From contig CP104013.1 of the NCBI GenBank assembly GCA_025839675.1, positions 2,430,001-2,462,000 on the forward strand: 32,000 nucleotides of DNA, in the 5' to 3' direction. Of this stretch, positions 1 through 6,924 are shown piece by piece (the first letter of the stretch is position 1; every line of letters starts with the position of its first letter). The DNA comes from Candidatus Lokiarchaeum ossiferum. Lineage in GTDB: Archaea > Asgardarchaeota > Lokiarchaeia > Sigyniarchaeales > Promethearchaeaceae. The position numbers were made by a program, and so were the translations under genes. The notes below the pieces were generated by a model that searched no databases, was not told the DNA's origin, and saw only the letters and a list, made by a program, of their open reading frames with translations.

Positions 1-1
1 T

Positions 2-82
2 GAAGAGTTTGGATTCAAAGGGATGTTAGTCAAACCTTACACCATTGGTGAGCTGAAAGAAGTCTTGTTAAATGTGCTATAA
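2..82 (+). CDS. 3' end of a gene truncated by the window edge: C-terminal tail of a receiver (REC) domain protein
   Basis: The frame entering from the left edge reads EEFGFKGMLVKPYTIGELKEVLLNVL-stop. The K-P-Y-x3-L-x3-L pattern matches the last strand and helix of REC domains. It aligns with the C-terminus of the hybrid kinase at 24198-26963 (DILPKPYSLQKLREILSKIL). Confidence 0.5.
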   Translation, partial: EEFGFKGMLVKPYTIGELKEVLLNVL

Positions 83-105
83 AATAAAAAAAATTTTGAT
101 GAAAG

Positions 106-1107
106 TTATTTTCGCATTTCGTCTTTGTGATACACGTTTGGTTCATATCCCCACGGCCATTGTGGGGAGTTGTTCAAGACATTCTCAATTAAAAGTAAAA
201 TTTCGGAAGTCAACTCAATAGAAGAAGCTTCAACATTCTCAATCACCTGTTCTGGTCTGGTTGCCCCAATTATTGCGGCCGAAATTTCAGGACGGCGGAG
301 AATCCATGCTAATGCTAGTTGACTTGTTTTTATATTTAATGATTTTGCAATTTCACCAAGCTTTCGAACTTGTGCAAGTTTTTCTTCGGTGATTTGAGAT
401 TTCATATTTTCAGAGCTGGAGGCTCGACTACCTTCTGGAATACCATTATTGTACTTCCCCGTTAATAATCCTTGCGCTAACGGGCTCCAGACTGTAAATC
501 CCATACCATGAGTTTTTGCAACTTTCATGATTTCAAGTTCTATATGACGAGTAAACATATTATAGGCTGGTTGTTCCACAATGGGTTTATATTGTTTATT
601 TTCTTTAGCAATGGCATTCACCCGTTCTAATTGGGCTGCAGTCCACATGGAGGTTCCCCAATATCGAATTTTTCCTTCATGAATTAGATCATTAATTACA
701 TCCACGGTTTCATGCAATGGAGTGGTATAATCATACCGATGCATATAGTATAAGTCCACATAATCAGTATTCAAGCGATCCAAGCTTTCTTCTATAGCAG
801 TTAGGATATTCTTCCGACCCAAGCCCCATCGATTGATATCCTCATTCATTGGCCAAAACACTTTACTCGAAATTACAAGATGTTTCCGATCCACAGTTTC
901 ACGAGCTAAAAATTCTCCAATGAGTTGTTCAGCTTTTCCTTTAGCATAGATCTCTGCACTGTCAATAAAATTAATGCCATGATCTAAAGCGGTTTCCATG
1001 CATTTGAAAGTTTGCTCTTTATCAACATTGTGGCCATAGGTCAGCCACGAACCCAAAGCAATTTCGCTAATTCGTAACCCAGATTTTCCTACTCTTCGAT
1101 ATTTCAT
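106..1107 (-). CDS. Aldo/keto reductase (Kv-beta / Tas-like NADPH oxidoreductase)
   Basis: 333 aa ORF. N-terminal MKYRRVGKSGLRISEIALGSW is typical of the family. The catalytic tetrad is recognisable: D and Y in FIDSAEIY, K in ISSKV, H in YYMHR. A(8) at 86-93 sits just downstream of the stop and reads as an oligo-T terminator on the minus strand. Confidence 0.9.
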   Translation of the reverse strand: MKYRRVGKSGLRISEIALGSWLTYGHNVDKEQTFKCMETALDHGINFIDSAEIYAKGKAEQLIGEFLARETVDRKHLVISSKVFWPMNEDINRWGLGRKNILTAIEESLDRLNTDYVDLYYMHRYDYTTPLHETVDVINDLIHEGKIRYWGTSMWTAAQLERVNAIAKENKQYKPIVEQPAYNMFTRHIELEIMKVAKTHGMGFTVWSPLAQGLLTGKYNNGIPEGSRASSSENMKSQITEEKLAQVRKLGEIAKSLNIKTSQLALAWILRRPEISAAIIGATRPEQVIENVEASSIELTSEILLLIENVLNNSPQWPWGYEPNVYHKDEMRK

Positions 1108-1263
1108 TTTTCCTCATCTTTTGAAGACAATTACAATAATTTGGGGTTATTCCTATAAAAGGAAATCTCTTACAATTTGTAATTTGTCGAGATAAATTAC
1201 TTTCAATTTAGAAATTTTCTTCTCAGAAATCAACCAAATAGGAAGTATAACCTTCAAAATCCC

Positions 1264-1860
1264 ATGGTATATAATTTAATCAGAAAACATATGACAAATT
1301 CACCAGAAATAACATTTGATATGGTCACAACAAAAGGCGGAGATAAGGGAAATACTTCCCTCTATGATGGGACTCGTGTTCCTAAAAATGATAATTTAAT
1401 CCACTTTCTTGGGACCATGGATACCTTCACATCCTTTCTTGGATTAGCGAAAGCAAAAACCAACCAAATCCAGTTTTTAAGATCTGAGGAAGTGGCACTT
1501 TTCATAGAGAATGTGCAGCAACGAATTATTTATTTAAATGGAATGGCAGCATCCCCTCATGATAAGAAACCAGGAAATCCGATTGTGGAAGAGGATATCC
1601 ATTTCTTAGAAGAATTTGAAAAATCTTTAATGGAAAAGCTCCAATTGAATCCCCAGTTTATAATTCAAGGTATGTCCGAATTATCTGCCACTTATGATGT
1701 CGCACGGACTTTTTGCCGAGAGGCAGAACGACGAATAGTTGAATTAATTTTTGACCAGAATCGGAGGGATTTACAAACACCTCAGAAATTTCTGAATCGA
1801 TTGGCCGATGTGATTTATATTATCGCCCGATTTATTGACCAAAATTATCTAGAAAAATAA
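1264..1860 (+). CDS. PduO-type ATP:cob(I)alamin adenosyltransferase
   Basis: TTKGGDKGNTSLYDGTRVPKNDNLIHFLGTMDTFTSFLG matches the conserved N-terminal T-G-D-K-G-x-T-S motif and following helix of PduO/MMAB-type adenosyltransferases. The family normally starts just before this motif, so the true start may be the ATG at 1321. Confidence 0.8.
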   Translation: MVYNLIRKHMTNSPEITFDMVTTKGGDKGNTSLYDGTRVPKNDNLIHFLGTMDTFTSFLGLAKAKTNQIQFLRSEEVALFIENVQQRIIYLNGMAASPHDKKPGNPIVEEDIHFLEEFEKSLMEKLQLNPQFIIQGMSELSATYDVARTFCREAERRIVELIFDQNRRDLQTPQKFLNRLADVIYIIARFIDQNYLEK

Positions 1861-1926
1861 GATATATGAAAAAGGAGGTTTTAATTTGGAGCGAATGGAA
1901 CTATACAGTTCAAAAAGTGAAAAAAA

Positions 1927-3027
1927 TTAAAGACGACGCTTTATCCACCAACCAATGGCAGACAACCCAAGAATAGCACCACCTGTACCACCAAAGATGA
2001 TCCATCGACGTATATTTCGGGAAGTTATCCAAGGATCTTCTCGTGTTGGGATGATTTCAATAACTTGCTTAGGTGGATCATTAGATCCATCTTCAAAATA
2101 TAATTCTGTATCACCAAAAGATTCAATTATGACATTTAAATCAATGGGATAAAATTCAGTGCCCCCTTTCACCCACAATGAATATCTATGACCTCCGAGA
2201 CAATTAAACCAAAATCCGGTAGAATCATTTACAATTGTGAAGAAAGTTTGATCGGTCGTTTCTCCCTCATCATAATTTTCCCAGTCTTGAAGATATCCCG
2301 TAATTTGAGGTGTCGAATCCAAATAACTACCTTCTCCCACAAAACCTAAAAAAACTAAGGAATCTTCACCAGTGTTTTCAATCAGAAAATAATGTTCATA
2401 TAATGGAACATATTGATATTGTGCATAAGGAATATCAACAACTATACGGGAAGTGCCATCTCCAAGTAAGGCATAGAGTGAAGGGTCAGCATCCCCAAAG
2501 TATGTAATGGTTGTCAGATCTTCCTCATCCAGATCACCACCGGATATATCATATTTATCCGTATAAACAAAGTTTATTGGAGCTGGGGTCCAAAAAGTGA
2601 GGTTATAGGTGCAATCATCTACTGGATCCAAATTCGTTACGGCCAACACATACCGACTCTCCGCTTCACAGGTGAATTGGCACCGCACATAATAATCGAA
2701 ATTTGTTTCATTTTTGTTAATGCTTGCCATCCCCCCTTTAAAGTCATCCCAATTCCACAATTCGAGTTTTAATTCTGGCCACCCCGTTGAACCTACAAAT
2801 TCGAGTACTGTCGCATTGATTTGTAATGGATAAGAATTCGAACCTTGGTTCCAAATTGTAAAATATTCCGTATAATCGGCAGGTATTCCATCTGCATAGT
2901 AATCTAAAATATTTAGTTGAGAATTACTAGAGCCAATAAAAATATTTCCAAAAACTGAAGAGAGAACAAGAAAAAAACCTATATAAATTCGATTTCGTTG
3001 TTTGTTTTGATGTGAAAAATCACTCAT
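1927..3027 (-). CDS. Acidic secreted protein with N-terminal signal/anchor, two internally repeated beta-sandwich-like halves and a C-terminal TM anchor ending KRRL
   Basis: The N-terminal hydrophobic segment is IYIGFFLVLSSVFGNIFIGSS. The C-terminal segment is WIIFGGTGGAILGLSAIGWWIKRRL. The two halves align by eye (RYVLAVTNLD...YNLTFW versus RYSLWVKGG...IDLNVII), reminiscent of PPC-type pre-peptidase C-terminal domains. Function is unknown. Confidence 0.55.
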   Translation of the reverse strand: MSDFSHQNKQRNRIYIGFFLVLSSVFGNIFIGSSNSQLNILDYYADGIPADYTEYFTIWNQGSNSYPLQINATVLEFVGSTGWPELKLELWNWDDFKGGMASINKNETNFDYYVRCQFTCEAESRYVLAVTNLDPVDDCTYNLTFWTPAPINFVYTDKYDISGGDLDEEDLTTITYFGDADPSLYALLGDGTSRIVVDIPYAQYQYVPLYEHYFLIENTGEDSLVFLGFVGEGSYLDSTPQITGYLQDWENYDEGETTDQTFFTIVNDSTGFWFNCLGGHRYSLWVKGGTEFYPIDLNVIIESFGDTELYFEDGSNDPPKQVIEIIPTREDPWITSRNIRRWIIFGGTGGAILGLSAIGWWIKRRL

Positions 3028-3071
3028 AAAAAAAATATGGGAAAAACTCCTAACAATGTTTCGAGTTCAAA

Positions 3072-3638
3072 TCAAAATTGTTCATGATTTGCTTTCATCC
3101 AATCCCGCTTAAATATGGAATATATGTGAGTATCCACATATTCTCCATCAATATACCAATCTTCTTTCCGAGTTGCCTCTAAATGCATTCCTGCTTTAAC
3201 AGCTGATCTCTCAGAGCCGATATTCCAAGCAGAGATCCCTGCAAATATCTTATGAAGATTGACTTCTTCAAAGGCATATTTTAAAATTAATTTAATTGCT
3301 TCGGTAGCATACCCTTGTCCCCAATATTCTTTCTCTCCAATAAGTAAACCATATTCAGCGTTTCGATCATGATATTCAATATCACTCAGACCAATATCCC
3401 CGATTGGCTTTTGATCAACCTTATGCCAGATTTCAAATTTAATTCGGGAATCTGAGGCATTTACATTTTCAATTGCCTTTTGCATTCTTCCAATTGTGGT
3501 GGGTTTGATCATCCGAGATAGACGCCGAATCTCTAGATCATTATACCAATCTACATATATTTCAGCATGTGCAACTTTCAAGGGATGCAATTCTATTCTA
3601 TCCCCATTTATGAACGCAGGATGTGTTTTGCTTGTCAT
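3072..3638 (-). CDS. GNAT family N-acetyltransferase (RimJ/RimL-like)
   Basis: 188 aa. NAEYGLLIGEKEYWGQGYATEAIKLILKYAFEEVNLHKIFAGISAWNIGSERSAVKAGM matches the acetyl-CoA-binding core (Q/R-x-x-G-x-G/A) and overall layout of RimL-type GNATs. Confidence 0.85.
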   Translation of the reverse strand: MTSKTHPAFINGDRIELHPLKVAHAEIYVDWYNDLEIRRLSRMIKPTTIGRMQKAIENVNASDSRIKFEIWHKVDQKPIGDIGLSDIEYHDRNAEYGLLIGEKEYWGQGYATEAIKLILKYAFEEVNLHKIFAGISAWNIGSERSAVKAGMHLEATRKEDWYIDGEYVDTHIYSIFKRDWMKANHEQF

Positions 3639-3667
3639 ATGTATTCTTCAATTAAGGGAACAATAAA

Positions 3668-4492
3668 TTATTTTTGGCTTATTTCACGCAATATGGGTAT
3701 TTCAAGCGTGCAGTTAACACATTCTAATATCCCGATTCGAACGAGGTAATTCTGGATCATTAAGCACATTTCTCTATCAAACGATTCATAAAGCACCCGA
3801 TTGGTCTTATTTTGATCAAGATTATCTTTAAACAAAGCATAGAAGCGATCTAAACCTTTTTCAGCTTCTTCATCCAAATAATCTTGTACCATATGAGGTT
3901 TAAACAAGACTACAAAAAGAAGATCATTTTTTGTGGTGATACTCATCTCGATTTCCAACCCTTTCAAAGTAATGCGTTCAATTTTTCCCAAGTTTTCTTC
4001 TCCAAACATGGACAGAGCTGCAATGAATTGTGCAATTAGTTCGAGATTTATAGATTTATCAATTTGAACATAGTACAACAGATCTCCTCCAGATCGGCAT
4101 ATCCCCAAAGCTAAAATATATTCTTTCAACAATTTTTCTACCAGTTCATTTCGACAAAGACGAGGTAAGCTAATTTCCTTTTCAGATTTTGAGGATTTAG
4201 TCTCAATTTCTAAGACTTGATTAAGAAAATGACCTCTGATCCCATCTATACCAAAAAGATGCTTGTGAAAATATTGATGGGTCTTAGTAATATAAAGGAA
4301 TGGCAAGTAAAACTTACAATCATCTTCAATGCAGAATTCTGCAAGAAAATTTGGATCTTCCAATAAATTTTGATAAACAGCGGAATTTTCAATGGATTTT
4401 TCAGTATAGGAAATGTGATTTTGATTAAACCAATCTTTCAGCTGAAAACAGCGATTACAATCGGATTTAGTTATAATGTAGAAATCTTTCAC
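3668..4492 (-). CDS. Two-domain protein: N-terminal glutaredoxin/NrdH-like fold (CNRC) plus C-terminal roadblock/longin-like domain; putative GTPase partner 1
   Basis: The N-terminus FYIITKSDCNRCFQLKDWF...YLPFLYI...GIDGIRGHF fits the Grx pattern: beta1, CxxC, a cis-Pro strand and a GG-type turn. The C-terminal roughly 160 aa is a clear paralog of the ORF at 16304-16804, with shared blocks RSGGD-LY, FIAALSMFGEEN-GKI, LEIEMSI and YL-R-GIL. It is divergently adjacent to a small GTPase gene. Confidence 0.7.
   Translation of the reverse strand: MKDFYIITKSDCNRCFQLKDWFNQNHISYTEKSIENSAVYQNLLEDPNFLAEFCIEDDCKFYLPFLYITKTHQYFHKHLFGIDGIRGHFLNQVLEIETKSSKSEKEISLPRLCRNELVEKLLKEYILALGICRSGGDLLYYVQIDKSINLELIAQFIAALSMFGEENLGKIERITLKGLEIEMSITTKNDLLFVVLFKPHMVQDYLDEEAEKGLDRFYALFKDNLDQNKTNRVLYESFDREMCLMIQNYLVRIGILECVNCTLEIPILREISQK
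3671..4156 (-). other. Roadblock/longin-like domain, copy 1 (paralog of 16304-16804)
   Basis: The beta-beta-alpha-beta-beta pattern (ILALGICRSGGDLLYYVQ / ELIAQFIAALSMFGEE / IERITLKGLEIEMSITTKNDLLFVVLF) resembles Robl/LC7 (MglB-type) domains. Roughly half of aligned residues are identical to copy 2 by eye. Confidence 0.55.
4208..4492 (-). other. Glutaredoxin-like domain of the 3668-4492 protein (CxxC = C-N-R-C encoded at 4448-4459)
   Basis: The reverse complement of 4448-4459 reads TGT AAT CGC TGT. Position after the first beta-strand and the later LPF (cis-Pro-like) motif fit the thioredoxin fold. Confidence 0.55.
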
Positions 4493-4653
4493 CTTTTTTC
4501 CCCCAAAGACTCAAATACGAAGTAAATAGATAATATCAACCTTAAAAACTAAATTATATTGTTTGTGCATAATATATACACAACCTTTAAATATTTGATT
4601 CGCTCTATTAATTCGTAGTATTCATTTTTTGAAAAACAAAAATGAGATGAGTT

Positions 4654-4836
4654 ATGATGTTACAAAACTGCACTTCTTGTACGCACTTCCATAATTGTTC
4701 TATGGATGGAATTGACGCCCATTCCTACTGCGCCACAGATCCAGAGGCTGTCGGAGTATGTGATCTATGGGATGGAATACGAAAAACAATAAAAGCATGT
4801 TCAGGTTGGGAAAACCCATCAATTTCAATTTCTTGA
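4654..4836 (+). CDS. Possible 60-aa cysteine-rich miniprotein (6 Cys, CxxCx5C start)
   Basis: The ORF reads MMLQNCTSCTHFHNCSMDGIDAHSYCATDPEAVGVCDLWDGIRKTIKACSGWENPSISIS. It is visibly more GC-rich than the flanking AT-rich intergenic DNA. An A/T box (tttaaatattt, 4586-4596) lies about 60 nt upstream. It sits 91 nt upstream of, and co-oriented with, the GTPase gene. I recognise no homology. Confidence 0.4.
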   Translation: MMLQNCTSCTHFHNCSMDGIDAHSYCATDPEAVGVCDLWDGIRKTIKACSGWENPSISIS

Positions 4837-4927
4837 ATTCCTACACATTTTTTTATCAAAAATTTTTTGCATTGTTTCTTAAACTCAATCTATAAACCAA
4901 ATTTTTCATGAGATAACTTAGATTACC

Positions 4928-5923
4928 ATGAAAGATCGGATGCTCCAAATTTTTTTAAACTCCGTAATGAAGACGCTAGACTCCCAACTCAATGCGATAC
5001 TGATCATGAATCGTGACGATAAGGTAGTTCTTCGAGTATTCAACAGTAATCTTCCTAAAAAAAAACAAGAAGAAATTGAATCCCTACTCTCATCCAACTT
5101 GACAAAAATTTCTTCTGAATTTGATGGGGATAAGGTTGGTACTTTTGCATTTGCAACGGAAAGTTATCGACTTGTATTTTGTGAAGCCGGATCAGAAGCA
5201 ATTCTTGTCTTTATTTCTCCTAAAATTACGACTCTGGAATATCTATTTTCCTATATTTACCTATGCGCCGAAAAAGTGGTTCGGATTAACTTGGGTAATA
5301 CTACGAGTTTCGTTCTTCCTCATCTCGAAGATTCTGAAGGTGAACATTCAAGTTCAAGTGAAATACAGAAAATTTCTCTTGATTCTGGAACGTTTATTAT
5401 GAAAGTTATTTTGGGGGGAGATTCGAGGGTAGGAAAAACAACTTTGGTTGAAAAATTCGTTAGTGACACATTTAAAGAAGATTTTAAAAGTACCATAGGA
5501 GTTAATCTAATGAAAAAAACCATATCCTATCGGAATTGGAACATCGATGTCACTTTCTCGGTATTTGACATGGGTGGTCAAGATCAATTTGCTCAAGTGA
5601 GACAATCATATTATCAAGGAGCACGTGCAGGATTCATTGTATTTGATGTTACAAGATACGATACATTCCAAAATATCGAAAAATGGTATAAAGAAATACG
5701 AGAAAACGAGCCCAATATCATGTTGTTGCTAGTTGGTAATAAAGTTGACTTGGTAAAGGAACGGAAGGTTTCGAAGACAGAAGGAAAAATTCTATCGAAA
5801 AAATTAGGTATGAAATACCTCGAAACATCCGCTCTAAACAAAGATTTTGTAGAAGAGGCATTTCGAACCTTAGGATTTTTCTATATTTTAAAAAATCGAG
5901 TGGTAAAAATCATCAATAAATAA
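4928..5923 (+). CDS. Roadblock/LC7-like N-terminal domain fused to a Ras/Rab-family small GTPase
   Basis: All five G motifs are present: G1 GGDSRVGKT, G2 T in KSTIGV, G3 DMGGQ, G4 GNKVD, G5 ETSAL. The N-terminal roughly 125 aa (LNAILIMNRDDKVVLRV...YRLVFCEAGSEAILVFISP) has a roadblock-like pattern. A Ser/Glu-rich linker follows. There is no C-terminal Cys prenylation motif (the protein ends VVKIINK). T(7) at 5938-5944 follows the stop. Confidence 0.85.
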   Translation: MKDRMLQIFLNSVMKTLDSQLNAILIMNRDDKVVLRVFNSNLPKKKQEEIESLLSSNLTKISSEFDGDKVGTFAFATESYRLVFCEAGSEAILVFISPKITTLEYLFSYIYLCAEKVVRINLGNTTSFVLPHLEDSEGEHSSSSEIQKISLDSGTFIMKVILGGDSRVGKTTLVEKFVSDTFKEDFKSTIGVNLMKKTISYRNWNIDVTFSVFDMGGQDQFAQVRQSYYQGARAGFIVFDVTRYDTFQNIEKWYKEIRENEPNIMLLLVGNKVDLVKERKVSKTEGKILSKKLGMKYLETSALNKDFVEEAFRTLGFFYILKNRVVKIINK

Positions 5924-5937
5924 TGTTTCTTTCATTA

Positions 5938-5944
5938 TTTTTTT
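5938..5944 (+). terminator. Oligo-T tract downstream of GTPase gene 1
   Basis: A T(7) run lies 15 nt after the stop at 5923. Archaeal RNA polymerase terminates at oligo-T tracts. Confidence 0.4.
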
Positions 5945-5950
5945 ACGTAA

Positions 5951-6805
5951 TTACTTATCTGCTATTATTTTATTACTTTTACTATTGAAATTTCGAGTTA
6001 GGGGTACATACATTTTATCTTTCCAAATAAGAACTATAGCAATTATAACGTAAAATGAAAGCCTAACAAACTCGAAATTTAGGCCGAAGTTAAATACTTC
6101 ACCACTCACATTGATCATCCAATGAAATAGAATAGCAGATAAGATACTTTGATCCGTTTTTTTATTCAGCCAAGTCATTATAATGGTGGGAAAAATTATA
6201 TACCCATTAAAAATCCAAAATAAGGGAGATCCAAATATTACTTCTGTATTTTGATAAGAATCGGGGATGAAATATAAAGGGAAATGCCAAATTGCCCAAA
6301 ATGTTCCCAATATTAGACTGGATAGAAGGGAATTATATTTTATCTGGATTATCGGCAATGCACATCCTCGCCAACCGGGTTCTTCCATGCTCGCAGCAAG
6401 AAAATTAAAAAGGAGGATAAATAAAACTTGGACAGGCAGAATAATGATTGAACCGAAATTAGAAAAACCTATGGGATTGGTGGAAAATAATAGTTCTATA
6501 ATGCCTACACAAATAGAAATCAAAAAATTGAAGAAGATACTGAAAAATAACCATTGCCATTTCTTTCCCTTGCATTGATAGCACCTTTTCCAGAAAGAGA
6601 GTCTCGTTTCTTTTGATTCTAATTTGAACAAACAAAATATTGCCCCAAATAATGGCCCTAAACCACCAATGCTATGAAAAATGATACCAAAGGGAGTAGA
6701 ATAGCTTACTTGAAAGATTATTAAGATACCCCAGAACAACCATGAAAACCCAAACGTAAAAGCAAAAAAAATGAGATTTGGATGGGATTTTTGGATGAAA
6801 GCCAT
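5951..6805 (-). CDS. CPBP-family (CAAX/Abi) intramembrane glutamic metalloprotease
   Basis: Polytopic membrane protein with the three family motifs in order: EExxxR (MEEPGWRG), FxxxH (FWAIWHF) and HxxxN (LFHWMINV). Confidence 0.8.
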   Translation of the reverse strand: MAFIQKSHPNLIFFAFTFGFSWLFWGILIIFQVSYSTPFGIIFHSIGGLGPLFGAIFCLFKLESKETRLSFWKRCYQCKGKKWQWLFFSIFFNFLISICVGIIELLFSTNPIGFSNFGSIIILPVQVLFILLFNFLAASMEEPGWRGCALPIIQIKYNSLLSSLILGTFWAIWHFPLYFIPDSYQNTEVIFGSPLFWIFNGYIIFPTIIMTWLNKKTDQSILSAILFHWMINVSGEVFNFGLNFEFVRLSFYVIIAIVLIWKDKMYVPLTRNFNSKSNKIIADK

Positions 6806-6924
6806 ATAATTAGTACATACTATAACTTTGTTCTTATTTTAAAATTGCGTCTAAAAAGTAGAATAATTAGAGATGTTAAAGTAAAAAAATGGAAAAAAAA
6901 AATAAGCCACTAACAATCTGTTTT

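Noticed and set aside
1886-1930. A 14-codon mini-ORF (TTG start, ERMELYSSKSEKN) is preceded by a strong AAAGGAGGT 6 nt upstream, in the gap between two convergent genes.
   Set aside because: It is very short and overlaps the 3' end of the convergent 1927-3027 gene. It has no promoter context of its own, and the SD-like string could be chance. It is kept only as a note.
4564-4582. An apparent palindrome, tgtgcataatatatacaca, in the module-1 divergent intergenic region.
   Set aside because: The arms are imperfect, with several mismatches when reverse-complemented. The core is simple AT-repeat sequence, so it is more likely a TATA-like tract than a specific operator.
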